DNA of 64,000 bases from Syntrophorhabdaceae bacterium (GTDB lineage Bacteria; Desulfobacterota; Deferrimicrobia; Deferrimicrobiales; Deferrimicrobiaceae), in the NCBI GenBank assembly GCA_009783195.1, contig WRHP01000001.1:7215-71214 (forward strand). The letters are read 5' to 3'. The notes under the pieces were generated by a model, which was given only the letters and a program-made list of their open reading frames with translations, ran no database searches and was not told the origin of the DNA. The position numbers were made by a program, and so were the translations under genes. Below, piece after piece: positions 1 to 9,380 of the stretch; the stretch's first letter is position 1, and every line of letters starts with the position of its first letter.

Positions 1-857
1 GATATTTTGCATGATCTGCCGATTGGCCTGGTGCAGAACAAGGTTGTCTATATGCTCAGGCTCCTTTTGGGCAAAGCGCAGCAGTTCCAGTATATGATTC
101 GGCACCACGTTCAAGGTGAACTCAAAGACAGCTCCGCCGTCCATGTAGGTGCGGTTTAGCCGCCAAGGCGTGCCGTTCGCATCGATTAAGCGCTCACAAT
201 ACGGGGCGTACTCCTCCGGAGTTTGCGGCAAAGGCAGCCGGCCGCAGCCCGCCGGCCACATAAGGGCTTCGGCTCCGCCGCCGTCTGTTCCCAACATGAA
301 CCAGGAAAGGGATTCCTCCGGCGTATATTCCACCAGGGTGGCTGTTCCGCAATCGCCAAATATAGGGGTAATGACGCGGTTGTCCTGATCCGCAAGGCGC
401 GAGAGACCATCGCCCTCCAGCAGAAGAACGCGCGAGCAGGCGCGGGATTCCACCAAAGAAAAAGCGATCCACAGCCCGTACACATAGCCGGCGCATCCCT
501 GGTTTACGTCAAAAGCGGCGCAGGTTTTCGGAAGTTTGAGCTTGTCCTGTAGAATGCAGGCGGTTGCCGGCAGGAAATAATCCGGGCTTTGGGAAACAAA
601 GACCAGCGCGTCCACAGTGGAGCGGTCCAGCCCAAGCCCGGCAAAGAGTTTTTCCGCCGCGTACTGGCAAAGGTCGGAAGGGGCAACCCCTTCCTCAGCC
701 ACGCGCCGCCGGTCAATCCCTGCCATTTTGGTTACGCGCTGCGCTTTTTTGATGTCTCCGCCGAAAAATTGCAGCTCATCTTGGAGGCGGATTTCGTTTT
801 TCGGAACGGTTGCGCTGATGCCGCTGATTTTCGCGTGGCGGAAGACGTTTTTGCTCA
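1..857 (-). CDS. 3-oxoacyl-ACP synthase III (FabH-like KAS III), 5' part; C-terminus lies beyond the window start
   Basis: Manual reverse-strand translation from the ATG at 855-857 gives MSKNVFRHAKISGISATVPKNEIRLQDELQFFGGDIKKAQRVTKMAGIDRRRVA...FDVNQGCAGYVYGL...LHQANRQIMQNI, the KAS III pattern with active-site Cys in a GCAG context. It is absent from the ORF track because the ORF has no stop inside the window. Confidence 0.75.
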
Positions 858-873
858 TAGGCTCGCCTTGTTA

Positions 874-1977
874 TTAAACGATGCCGCTGATAATCGCGGC
901 GATTTTTTCAACGGAAGCTTCCTCAAGCTCAGCGTAGAGCGGCAGGCATAATACGCGGCGGGCCACGCTTTCCGCCACGGGGCAGGATTGTCCGGGCAGG
1001 GGCAGATAAGGCAAGGTATTCAACGCCGGGAAGTAATATCTTCTTGGGAATATGTTTTCCCGGTACAAGGAGTCTATAATCCGCAGCGCGATAGCTTCGC
1101 TGTCGAAAATTACGGGGTAATAGGCGTAGTTATAGACGAGTCCGGGCCGAAGTTTTGGGCGCCGTATGCCGCGTTCGGGCAGAAGGGCATCGTACATGGC
1201 ACTGACGGTTTTCCTTCCCGCGATGTTATCCGCCGTTTTGTCCAGAAGGCACAGGCCCGTGGCGGCGTGCAGTTCCGAGAGCTTGGCGTTTATGCCCAGA
1301 CGTATGTGGATATCGCCGACATGCCCGCCTGCCCGAAGGAGGCGGATTGCCTGAATCTGTTTATTTGTGCGAGCGAAGACCGCTCCGCCTTCTCCCGTAT
1401 TGAATACCTTGGTGGCGTGGAAACTACATACGGACAGGTCTCCGTAGTCGAACAGGCTTTTCCCCATGTATTTGCTGCCGAAACATTGTGCGGCGTCGTA
1501 GACTATCGGCAACGCCGCATCATTGCCCAATCTTTCCAGGGATTCCACATCGCAGATGTTTCCATAGATATGTACGGGCAGTATTCCACAAATATCCGCA
1601 TCCGAGTCCAAGACATCGGCCAATTTTGCCGGGTCCATGCACAGAGTTTCTTCATCGATATCGACAAAAACAGGGGTGCACCCTGTCCATAACAGCGCGG
1701 ATGTCGTTGCGACAAAGGAAAACGGCGTTGTGGCGATTTTTTTCCCGGCAATGCCTGCGGCATGCAGCGCTATCTGTAAAGCTGTGGTGCCGTTGGAACA
1801 AAGAGCTACGCGGGTGATATTCAAACGCTGTACGAGTTCGTTCTCCAGCTTGCGCAGGTAGACTCCGTCGTTTGTCATATGCCTGCTGTTGAAGATTTGT
1901 TCCAGGTAGCCGCTGTATTCCTGAAAATCCGGCACAACGGCTTTGGTGACGTGAATGGGTTCAGGCATGTTGTTCAA
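874..1977 (-). CDS. DegT/DnrJ/EryC1/StrS-family PLP-dependent sugar aminotransferase
   Basis: 367-aa ORF with motifs typical of the family: CSNGTTALQIAL, FSFVATTSA, GDLSVCSFHATKVFNTGEGGAV (the PLP lysine region). It is tightly linked (17-bp gap) to the FabH-like gene. Confidence 0.85.
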   Translation of the reverse strand: MNNMPEPIHVTKAVVPDFQEYSGYLEQIFNSRHMTNDGVYLRKLENELVQRLNITRVALCSNGTTALQIALHAAGIAGKKIATTPFSFVATTSALLWTGCTPVFVDIDEETLCMDPAKLADVLDSDADICGILPVHIYGNICDVESLERLGNDAALPIVYDAAQCFGSKYMGKSLFDYGDLSVCSFHATKVFNTGEGGAVFARTNKQIQAIRLLRAGGHVGDIHIRLGINAKLSELHAATGLCLLDKTADNIAGRKTVSAMYDALLPERGIRRPKLRPGLVYNYAYYPVIFDSEAIALRIIDSLYRENIFPRRYYFPALNTLPYLPLPGQSCPVAESVARRVLCLPLYAELEEASVEKIAAIISGIV

Positions 1978-2302
1978 TAGCTTTTTTCAGAGTTGTAACC
2001 ATCCAGTTATTCAGACTGCCGCCTTCCATTTCCGCCTGAATCGCAAGCTGGGCGTGCAACTCTGGCGGGAGCCTCAAGGTAACGCGCCCGGAATAGGGCT
2101 TGTTGGGTTCGTGTCCCATTTTGGCGCAACTTTCCAGGTAAAAATCCACAGCTTTCTCGAAAGCCTTACGTATTTCCTTAACAGAGTTGCCGTGAAAGCC
2201 TACGATGTCGTTAATTCCCAATACGTGGCCCACAAGACATTCATCGTCGGCGCTATATCTTATAATGGTCGAATATCCCTTGTATTGCATGGTGTTACTC
2301 AT
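1961..2302 (-). CDS. hicB: HicB-family antitoxin (type II TA)
   Basis: 113 aa with an N-terminal HicB fold and a C-terminal RHH-like tail (GRVTLRLPPELHAQLAIQAEMEGGSLNNWMVTTLKKAIE). It overlaps the upstream hicA by 4 bp. Confidence 0.8.
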   Translation of the reverse strand: MSNTMQYKGYSTIIRYSADDECLVGHVLGINDIVGFHGNSVKEIRKAFEKAVDFYLESCAKMGHEPNKPYSGRVTLRLPPELHAQLAIQAEMEGGSLNNWMVTTLKKAIEQHA

Positions 2303-2568
2303 GGCGTTATCCCTATTTTGATGAGAAAGATCCTTGCGTCCTCCACTTGGTATCGTTTGAGTTCTTTACCTGGGTGCGGCCTGTGGAAGTCGGATTTATG
2401 GTTGTCTCTCCTGAAAGCAAAGCGCGAACCGCCATCCTTTACCATGTCGCAACCCAAAGCTCTCAACAACGAAACAAGATCATTCCATGTCAGATTTTTA
2501 GGTGTTGGATAGGAAAAAATGGCCTCCAGAGTTTTTCTTTGCTTACTATTTATATTGTATGGTGTCAT
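2299..2568 (-). CDS. hicA: HicA-family mRNA interferase toxin (type II TA)
   Basis: 89 aa. It matches the small HicA toxin pattern (dsRBD-like; ...LRALGCDMVKDGGSRFAFRRDNHKSDFHRPHPGKELKRYQVEDAR...). The order hicA then hicB with a 4-bp overlap is typical. Confidence 0.8.
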   Translation of the reverse strand: MTPYNINSKQRKTLEAIFSYPTPKNLTWNDLVSLLRALGCDMVKDGGSRFAFRRDNHKSDFHRPHPGKELKRYQVEDARIFLIKIGITP

Positions 2569-2717
2569 TTTATGGCATCATCGTCAATGGTAGTTGTAAG
2601 CAGCGCTATATTCAATAATCTCCCTTGTTCTTGAATGGTGGACCTGATTTTTCACGTGGACTGTCAACTTTAATTGCCTTTCTTGCTGTTGCCGGGAGCG
2701 TCAGTTAAGTTGCTGCT

Positions 2718-2760
2718 ATCGTCCAGGCCCTGTTTTTTACGGAAGCAGGGCCTGGACGAT
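2718..2760. repeat. Perfect 15-bp inverted repeat (ATCGTCCAGGCCCTG / CAGGGCCTGGACGAT) with a 13-nt T-rich loop. Possible terminator or structured RNA element between the CsgG-like gene and hicA.
   Basis: Read directly from the sequence. The arms run 2718-2732 and 2746-2760. There is no clear U-tract after the stem on either strand, so assignment as a terminator is uncertain. Confidence 0.35.
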
Positions 2761-2800
2761 GCTTAAACATCATCATTTCAGAACATGAACCATTTCGCTT

Positions 2801-3631
2801 TCAGTTGCTTTGTACATTCAATCCGCCGCCGGTCCCCAAACCGCCTTTAACTACTTGTTGTTGATAGTTGCGGGTGGCGCGAACCAGGTTGTTGTAGGCG
2901 TCGGTAAATGCCGCGACGATGACCTTGCCTTCCGCCGTGTTCGTGTAGCCGCCGAGACTGGCGCCGCCGCTACCGCCGAAGAGGCCGCCGATTGCGCCGA
3001 AATCCATGTTGCGCGCGCTGCCTTCGGCGATGGAGATCTGAACGCCGGAGCGGTTATCAACGAGCGAAAGCATGGTGCCGGCCTCTTTGGAGTTCATGCT
3101 TCCGGCCACGGTGCTGGCCAGGCTGCCGACCAAGGGAACCAGATGGAGCGCTCCGCCGATGCCGCCCGCGTTTTTGTTGCTGAAGGTTATGCTGGGAGTC
3201 ATTGAGTAATCGGCGGATACCATTTGCCCTTTGCCGAAGTTTGATTCCTGGCGCAGTTCGCCGGCGGCTCCCAGAGCGCGTTCTTGCGCCATGTTGTCCA
3301 TCGCGCGGCTGCGCTCGACGACGACAAAACAGTTCGACTGCTGGACCAGCATACGAAGAACGGGCGTTGTCGGGCCCAGGCGGTAATTTCTGTAGTAAGC
3401 CCGGTACCAGTCGGTGTTGACGTCTTCAATGACCGCCAGCGTGCCTAGCGACTCGCCGCATCTTTCGAGCTGGCTGTTGGCGTTTTCGTTGTGCGCTCCG
3501 GAGGCGGCGCCGGTCGCGGCTGTTTTCGCGCTCCTGGACCCGACATCCATGTGGGCGCAACCGGAAAATACGGCTGCCGCCGCGATGAAAAACAGACACC
3601 TGTAAAAATACTTTTGTCTTGCGTCAAACAT
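2801..3631 (-). CDS. CsgG/HfaB-family outer-membrane lipoprotein (curli-type secretion channel family)
   Basis: 276 aa with a lipoprotein signal peptide and lipobox (AVFSGC). The central region has a CsgG-like pattern (FVVVERSRAMDN..., LVDNRSGVQISIAEGS..., GYTNTAEGKVIVAAFTDAYNNLV) and the tail is Gly-rich. The family call rests on remembered CsgG sequence. Confidence 0.5.
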   Translation of the reverse strand: MFDARQKYFYRCLFFIAAAAVFSGCAHMDVGSRSAKTAATGAASGAHNENANSQLERCGESLGTLAVIEDVNTDWYRAYYRNYRLGPTTPVLRMLVQQSNCFVVVERSRAMDNMAQERALGAAGELRQESNFGKGQMVSADYSMTPSITFSNKNAGGIGGALHLVPLVGSLASTVAGSMNSKEAGTMLSLVDNRSGVQISIAEGSARNMDFGAIGGLFGGSGGASLGGYTNTAEGKVIVAAFTDAYNNLVRATRNYQQQVVKGGLGTGGGLNVQSN

Positions 3632-3702
3632 TTAAAATCCCTCCATTGTTGAGAGTTTTCCCAGGCTGCCCTGGGGGCCGATTACGGCCTGACGTGCGCG
3701 GA

Positions 3703-5253
3703 TCATTTTTTTCCCTTGGCCCCGAAAAGAGATACCCGGAACTGCAGCGCCTCGGCGATGTGAGGCAGCTCTACTTCCGCCTTGCCTTCCAGATCGGCAA
3801 TCGTGCGGCCTACGCGGCATGCCTTCCCCATGGCTCGTCCCGATAAAGACAGCCGCTCCGCCGCGCGGACCAGAAAAGCGCGGGCCTCCGAGGAAAGCTC
3901 TTTGAGTGATTCCGCCGTGGATAGGCCCACGGTTCCGTTGGCCTGGTTGGCGCGTCCGGTATATCTTGTTTCCTGTATGAGACGGCATGCTTCGACCCGT
4001 TTTCGGACTGTTGCGGACGGTTCTCCGGTCTGATCGGACCAGACTTGCGACTCCGGAGGCGGAACGGATACAGACAGATCAATCCGGTCGAGCAGCGGGC
4101 CGGAGAATTTGCGCGCGAATTTTTCCAGAGTCTGCGGGGAACAGCGGCACATGCTTCTGGGATGCCCCAGATTTCCGCACGGGCAGGGGTTTGATGCCGC
4201 AAGCAGGAGAAAACGGCAAGGAAAACGATACCGCCGTCCGGCGCGAGAGATCAAAACCTCTCCTGATTCAAGAGGTTGCCGGAGCGCTTCCCTTACTTCC
4301 GTCCGGAACTCGGAGAATTCATCCAAAAAAAGAACACCGCCATGAGCAAAAGAAATCTCTCCTGGTTGAGGAGGATTGCCTCCTCCAAGCAGTCCGGCCG
4401 CTGTTGTTGATGAGTGAGGAGCTCTGAATGGTCGATTTAAAAGAGGTTTTGGCCACGGAGGTTCCGCTGCCGCGCTGTAGATGCGCGTTGTTTCAAGCGC
4501 TTCGAGGCGGGAAAACGGCGGCAGGATTCCCGGCATACGCTCCGCCAGCATTGTTTTCCCGCATCCGGGGGGGCCAACCATCAAGAGAGCGTGATTTCCA
4601 GCCGCGGCGATTTCCAGCGCCCTGCGCGCCATTGGTTGTCCCGATACATCGCAAAGGTCGGGAGGCGGTCCGGGGCGTCCGGAAAAAGGTCGCCCGCCGC
4701 CTTCCGTAATGAGCGCGTTTGCCTCCTCGGATGACGGATCGGTTGTTCCCGACAAAATGTCGGCCGCTTCCTTGAGCGTCCGAACGGCCGCCACCCGAAT
4801 TTCCGGCACAAGGCCGGCCTCGTCGCGGTTTGAGGCCGGGGTGATGATGCCGCGGATGCCAAGATCTCTGGCAAGAAGAGCCTGGGATAAGGCTCCACGG
4901 ATAGGGCGGACGCAGCCGTCTAAAGAAAGCTCTCCCGCAATCAGCCAGTTTGTAAGCGATTCTCCCGCAAGAGCTCCTTCCGCGCATAAGACCGACAGGG
5001 CGATGGGGAGATCGAGAAGCGAACCGTCTTTTCGAAGGTCGGCCGGCGCCAGGTTGACGGTTACTTTGCGGCTCGGAAACGGGAAGCCCGAATTTCGGAT
5101 GGCGGCCCGAATCCGGTCGTCACTCTCCTTTACGGCCCCGCCCGGAAGCCCTACAACCGTATAAGAAGGCAGGCCTTTGGTAATGTCCGTCTCCACTTCC
5201 ACGGGGACGGCGTCGACTCCGATTACGGCGAAAGAGAGAGCGCGAACGAGCAT
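3703..5253 (-). CDS. comM: YifB/ComM-family Mg-chelatase-like AAA+ ATPase (competence protein ComM homologue)
   Basis: 516 aa. It has an N-terminal Lon-protease-like domain, a Walker A (GPPGCGKTMLA), a ChlI-type AAA core, and a Cys cluster typical of the C-terminal region (CPCG...C). Confidence 0.85.
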   Translation of the reverse strand: MLVRALSFAVIGVDAVPVEVETDITKGLPSYTVVGLPGGAVKESDDRIRAAIRNSGFPFPSRKVTVNLAPADLRKDGSLLDLPIALSVLCAEGALAGESLTNWLIAGELSLDGCVRPIRGALSQALLARDLGIRGIITPASNRDEAGLVPEIRVAAVRTLKEAADILSGTTDPSSEEANALITEGGGRPFSGRPGPPPDLCDVSGQPMARRALEIAAAGNHALLMVGPPGCGKTMLAERMPGILPPFSRLEALETTRIYSAAAEPPWPKPLLNRPFRAPHSSTTAAGLLGGGNPPQPGEISFAHGGVLFLDEFSEFRTEVREALRQPLESGEVLISRAGRRYRFPCRFLLLAASNPCPCGNLGHPRSMCRCSPQTLEKFARKFSGPLLDRIDLSVSVPPPESQVWSDQTGEPSATVRKRVEACRLIQETRYTGRANQANGTVGLSTAESLKELSSEARAFLVRAAERLSLSGRAMGKACRVGRTIADLEGKAEVELPHIAEALQFRVSLFGAKGKK

Positions 5254-5331
5254 GGCAAGAAAACCTCCGGAAGATCGAAAATCGGTCCGGAGGTACGGAG
5301 CAACGATTGTGCCGCTGCGCTTTGGACTACT

Positions 5332-7332
5332 TTATGAGGAAAGCCGTTTTTTCAGCAGGTCCGCCAGAAGCGCGGCTTTCGCGCGCAGGTCGGGCGAAAG
5401 CGGTTTGGGGCCGAACCGGTCCTGGTGGTACAGCGACAGGAAAGCTTTGGCTTCTTTCGTCAGGTCCGGGCGGGTCCGGACAGCGGCATCCACCATTTCT
5501 CCCATGGGGATGCCTCGGGAGGGCCGGTAGCCGGATTTCTCCAGACGTCGCAGCAGGCGATCATAAGACGCGGGAAGGCGGTCGTACTCACGGATGTTTT
5601 TTACGCGCGTTCGCCAGGCTTTCCACAAGAGCCATAAAAGAACGGCGGCGGCCGCAATAGGGAGGGTCTGGCGTAAACCGTCGAAAGACCATGTTCTGGA
5701 TGCCTGCCTTATCCCGGACATCCCCGACCGCACGGCGTCCGCCTGCATCCGAAGAGAATAGTTCATCACGTATTTGTTCCAGCGATGGCGCAGCCAGTCC
5801 GCGTACGACCCCAAAAAACCCATCTTCCTGGAGAAGAAAGATTCGTCTGTCTGTGCGGGTGTCGCGTCCAGCGTTACCCAGCGCCCTCCGATCAATGCTT
5901 CGACCCAGGCGTGCGCGTCGGACTGGCGCACTATCAGGTAGCGCCCGATAATGTTCCATTCCCCCCCGATATAACCGACCACGACCCGGGAAGGGATATC
6001 GACGGCGCGGAGCAGCAGCGCCAATCCGGCGGCGTAATGTTCGCAGTAGCCGCTTTTCTCTTTAAAGAGGAAACTTCTGAGCGTCGGGGCCGGATTGGCA
6101 AGAGAGTAGCGGAACTCTTTCTGGAAAAAGCCAAGGAGAAGAGCCGCGCGCTCTTCGTCGGTATTCGCGCCTTCCACCGTATCTAAAGCAAGCAGCCGGA
6201 TATCTTCGTTGCCTGAAGGGAATTCCAGGTATCTGCGTCCTGGGTTTGCGCCGCGTCTTCTCCGGGGTGGCGGTTCCTTGGTGAACGTAAGGCGGTATCG
6301 CAACGCCGGGTGTCCCTCCTGCAGGAGGAACAGGTTTCCTTCCCGGTCCGAGTAGAGAGGACCGGCGCTTGTCTCGATCAGAAAAGGTTCTCCGTAAGTG
6401 AACAGGCGGGGGTGCCCTGCTGATTCCAGCGTGATGTCGGCAACAATAGCTTCGCCTTGCGATGCTTCCCGGAGGAGATAGTTGAACCCTACCCTTATGA
6501 CGGGGGAGGCTGCCGCCCCGGATAATTGCCATCCGCCGTCCGAATACCGGGAATATACGGCGCCGCGCAAGTATAGCGTCTCTGTGGCCGGCTCTCCTTC
6601 AAGGAAAGGAAATTCCACTCTGGCCACGATGCGGCGGTCCGATTTGATATCGGTGATCTCGCGCAACGTGATTTTGTCCGAAAACCCGGAAATAGCGTTT
6701 CTGGAATAAAAACGAAGGAAGGCCCTGCGAAACTCCAGGCGCGGCACGGTGGCAAACAGGACGGCCGTCATGAGGAATCCGCACGCGCTGAGCAGCAGGA
6801 ATGCCCATGTCGCTGTTTTGAGGGAGGGCGCGTATCCGCCGGGCGGGCGGCCAAGCTCTTCCGCCTCCTGGTTATGAAGGGACCACATTGCGCCGATGGA
6901 CGCGGCCAGGAACATGAACGCGAAGAGAGCAAAGGACATCTCGTCGGCAACGGAAGCCGCGACCAGGAATTCAAGGAAGGAAAGGGCGCACAATTGCCAG
7001 CTTTCCCGGATGCCTTTCGGAAGGAGCATCCTGACCGACTGGATTCCGATCAGCAGGAAAGAGGCGCAGGACATCAGGTCGCCTCCGAACAGGAGCAGGT
7101 CGGCCACGGATATGGCGAGCAGGATTCCGACAATGAAGGCGCCCATGCGCGAAAGCAGCTTCCTCGGTTTTTCCTGTGCGTCCATCAACGCGCCGCCGGC
7201 CCAGGCTGCCGTCACGAAAAGAAGGGATGCCACGGAGGTTTGCGTGTAGACGGCCAGAAGGATTACACCCAGGAGCCAGTGAATACGGAGGATCCACCAG
7301 GAAAAGTGGCGGCGCGTGGCGCGTGAAGTCAT
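5332..7332 (-). CDS. Transglutaminase-like membrane protein (TgpA-type; DUF3488 N-terminal TM region plus transglutaminase core)
   Basis: 666 aa with multiple N-terminal TM helices and a transglutaminase-like Cys/His/Asp core (SGYCEHYAAGLALLLRAVDIPSRVVVGY...SDAHAWVEALIGGRWVTLDATP). It forms the conserved MoxR-DUF58-TgpA operon with the two upstream genes. Confidence 0.8.
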   Translation of the reverse strand: MTSRATRRHFSWWILRIHWLLGVILLAVYTQTSVASLLFVTAAWAGGALMDAQEKPRKLLSRMGAFIVGILLAISVADLLLFGGDLMSCASFLLIGIQSVRMLLPKGIRESWQLCALSFLEFLVAASVADEMSFALFAFMFLAASIGAMWSLHNQEAEELGRPPGGYAPSLKTATWAFLLLSACGFLMTAVLFATVPRLEFRRAFLRFYSRNAISGFSDKITLREITDIKSDRRIVARVEFPFLEGEPATETLYLRGAVYSRYSDGGWQLSGAAASPVIRVGFNYLLREASQGEAIVADITLESAGHPRLFTYGEPFLIETSAGPLYSDREGNLFLLQEGHPALRYRLTFTKEPPPRRRRGANPGRRYLEFPSGNEDIRLLALDTVEGANTDEERAALLLGFFQKEFRYSLANPAPTLRSFLFKEKSGYCEHYAAGLALLLRAVDIPSRVVVGYIGGEWNIIGRYLIVRQSDAHAWVEALIGGRWVTLDATPAQTDESFFSRKMGFLGSYADWLRHRWNKYVMNYSLRMQADAVRSGMSGIRQASRTWSFDGLRQTLPIAAAAVLLWLLWKAWRTRVKNIREYDRLPASYDRLLRRLEKSGYRPSRGIPMGEMVDAAVRTRPDLTKEAKAFLSLYHQDRFGPKPLSPDLRAKAALLADLLKKRLSS

Positions 7333-8249
7333 GGCGCCGCTTCTTTCGCTTTGATCTCTCCTCCGTCGGCGCGAGCGACGGCCAGGGCGGCAAGCGCCGC
7401 CGCGCGTCCTTCCGATTCGCGGGAGATGGTCCGTTCGCCTATCCGGAGCAGGAATGGGATTTCCCGCCGGTCGAGGTCAATCACCATGCCGCAGGCTTCG
7501 GAGAGGCGGGTCTCGAATTCATTTGGCGGGCATGGAACCGGCACACGCAACTCCACAAAGGGCGAGCCTTCCGTTTCGCGTTCCTTGACCATCCACTTCT
7601 CCAGCCGCGCTGTCGCCTTCCAATGGATATCCCTCACCGGGTCCGAAGGCAGATGCTCCCTTACGTCTCGCGGGAATGCGCCTGATCGTCCGGCGGACCA
7701 GGGGGTTTCAGACGGCCCGGCTTCTTGATGGGAGCCGCCCTGGAAGGCGGGAAATATAGGTCGCGGGTATACCAGCAGATCCATTGATATTTGCGCGTCC
7801 ATGGATTTTTCAAAAAGAGAGAAAGGAAAGAGGGTGGAGAGTGTGCCGGATACGCTGCCCATAGGCCCACGGCGCTGCGGCCGGAACCCCGCTATGCGTG
7901 TTGCTGTACCGTGAGGCGGAATGTCCGGAAAATGTACGGTGACGGTTTCTGTGTCAAACCGCATCTTGAGCACGAGGGAAATAGAAGGGAACCGCTTTAT
8001 TTCGGCGGAGCATTTGATCGCCAGAAAAGACTCGATACCTTGAAACGCGTCGGAAGCGGCTTGCGCCGAAAGGATAACTTTCCGAAGCGTCCACTCCGAC
8101 AGAAATCCTGAAACGACGATCAATGAGAGGTTCATACAAAGCGCGAGGTAAAGAAGGTTGTTTCCCGTGTTGATAGCCGCGGCGCCCACCGCCAGGGTGA
8201 TAAGGAGGAACGCCTTGCCTTCGAACGTCATCCGGAGGCGTCGAGGCAT
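7329..8249 (-). CDS. DUF58-family protein (vWA-like partner of MoxR)
   Basis: The ORF contains the DUF58 hallmark (REHLPSDPVRDIHWKATARLEKWMVKERE). The track ORF extends to 8489 and overlaps moxR. The start was trimmed to MPRRLRMTFEGKAFLLITLAV... (about 8249), which gives an N-terminal TM helix as usual. There is a 4-bp overlap with tgpA. Confidence 0.7.
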   Translation of the reverse strand: MPRRLRMTFEGKAFLLITLAVGAAAINTGNNLLYLALCMNLSLIVVSGFLSEWTLRKVILSAQAASDAFQGIESFLAIKCSAEIKRFPSISLVLKMRFDTETVTVHFPDIPPHGTATRIAGFRPQRRGPMGSVSGTLSTLFPFSLFEKSMDAQISMDLLVYPRPIFPAFQGGSHQEAGPSETPWSAGRSGAFPRDVREHLPSDPVRDIHWKATARLEKWMVKERETEGSPFVELRVPVPCPPNEFETRLSEACGMVIDLDRREIPFLLRIGERTISRESEGRAAALAALAVARADGGEIKAKEAAP

Positions 8250-8284
8250 GCGGAAGCGGGATGTTGGCCGTCTGCCGGATGACT

Positions 8285-9229
8285 TCACAACGGAGCTGGA
8301 ATGGTCGAGAGGATCTCTTCGATGATGGACCGGGCGGCATCGGTGTTTGCGTTTGCGGAGGCGCCTTTTGGAAACACGCGATGGCAAAGGACCGCCGGGG
8401 CCGCGCGCCGGATGTCTTCGGGGATCACATGATTCCTGTCTCCCATGCGGGCCAGGGCTTGCGCGGTGTTTTTCAGCCCGATCGCGCATCGCGGCGATAT
8501 TCCCAGGCGAAGGGCCGGGTGGCTCCGTGTCGCCGAAGCGATTCGCTGAATGTAACCTATCAGCGAGTCATGGACCGCCACGCGGCTTATTTCCTCTCTC
8601 AGGGCGATTATCTGCGCGGGAAGCAGCGAGGATGGGATACCGTTTCGTATCGTCAGGATCGAGTTTTCCCGGATGAGCCGGGTTTCGGAGCCGCTGTCGG
8701 GATAGTCTATGCGCAGCCGCATGTTGAACCGGTCAAGCTGTGATTCAGGGAGCGGGTATGTGCCGTGCTGCTCGTACGGATTCTGGGTGGCGATTACAAG
8801 GAAAGGGTCCGGGAGCCGGTAAGTCCGGTTGTCCACCGTCACCTGCCGCTCGCTCATTGCTTCCAGAAGGGCGCTTTGGGAGCGCGGGTTCCCTCGGTTG
8901 ATCTCATCCGCCAGGACTATGTTCGCAAAGAGGGGGCCTGGGGAAAAAACGAAAGTTTTTCTGTTTTCTCCCAGAATGTGCATTCCGATGATGTCTTGCG
9001 GGAGGAGATCGCCTGTAAACTGCACTCTGCGGAAAGTGCCGGAAATTCCGGCCGAGAGCGCCTTGGCCAGCGTTGTCTTTCCCGTGCCCGGCACATCTTC
9101 CAGGAGGATATGTCCTCCCGCCAGAAATGACGCCATAGCCAGATCGACCACTTCCCGTTTACCGAGGAGGATGGATTCGATGTTTGCGCGGAAACTTGAC
9201 AGCAACGACGACAGGGCGGCGGTTTCCAT
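8285..9229 (-). CDS. MoxR-family AAA+ ATPase
   Basis: 314 aa with Walker A GTGKTTLAK, Walker B ILLADEINR, and the MoxR-specific C-terminal region. Confidence 0.85.
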   Translation of the reverse strand: METAALSSLLSSFRANIESILLGKREVVDLAMASFLAGGHILLEDVPGTGKTTLAKALSAGISGTFRRVQFTGDLLPQDIIGMHILGENRKTFVFSPGPLFANIVLADEINRGNPRSQSALLEAMSERQVTVDNRTYRLPDPFLVIATQNPYEQHGTYPLPESQLDRFNMRLRIDYPDSGSETRLIRENSILTIRNGIPSSLLPAQIIALREEISRVAVHDSLIGYIQRIASATRSHPALRLGISPRCAIGLKNTAQALARMGDRNHVIPEDIRRAAPAVLCHRVFPKGASANANTDAARSIIEEILSTIPAPL

Positions 9230-9380
9230 GGAAGCTATTATCGGACACTTTGTCTGTATCTTTTACAAAAAACAAAAAACTGTGTTTTAGCGCGGGCGCT
9301 TCTTCATAAACAAGCCCATGATCTGGTCAGCCGGATTTGGGCAAGAGACTTCTTTTGTTTCGCGCATCGCCGCTTCTGTT

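Noticed and set aside
8829-9290. 153-aa plus-strand ORF, and a similar 73-aa ORF at 12329-12550
   Set aside because: Both are antisense to the moxR 5' end and its duplicated fragment. Their apparent mutual similarity is just the reverse complement of the moxR duplication, not a gene.
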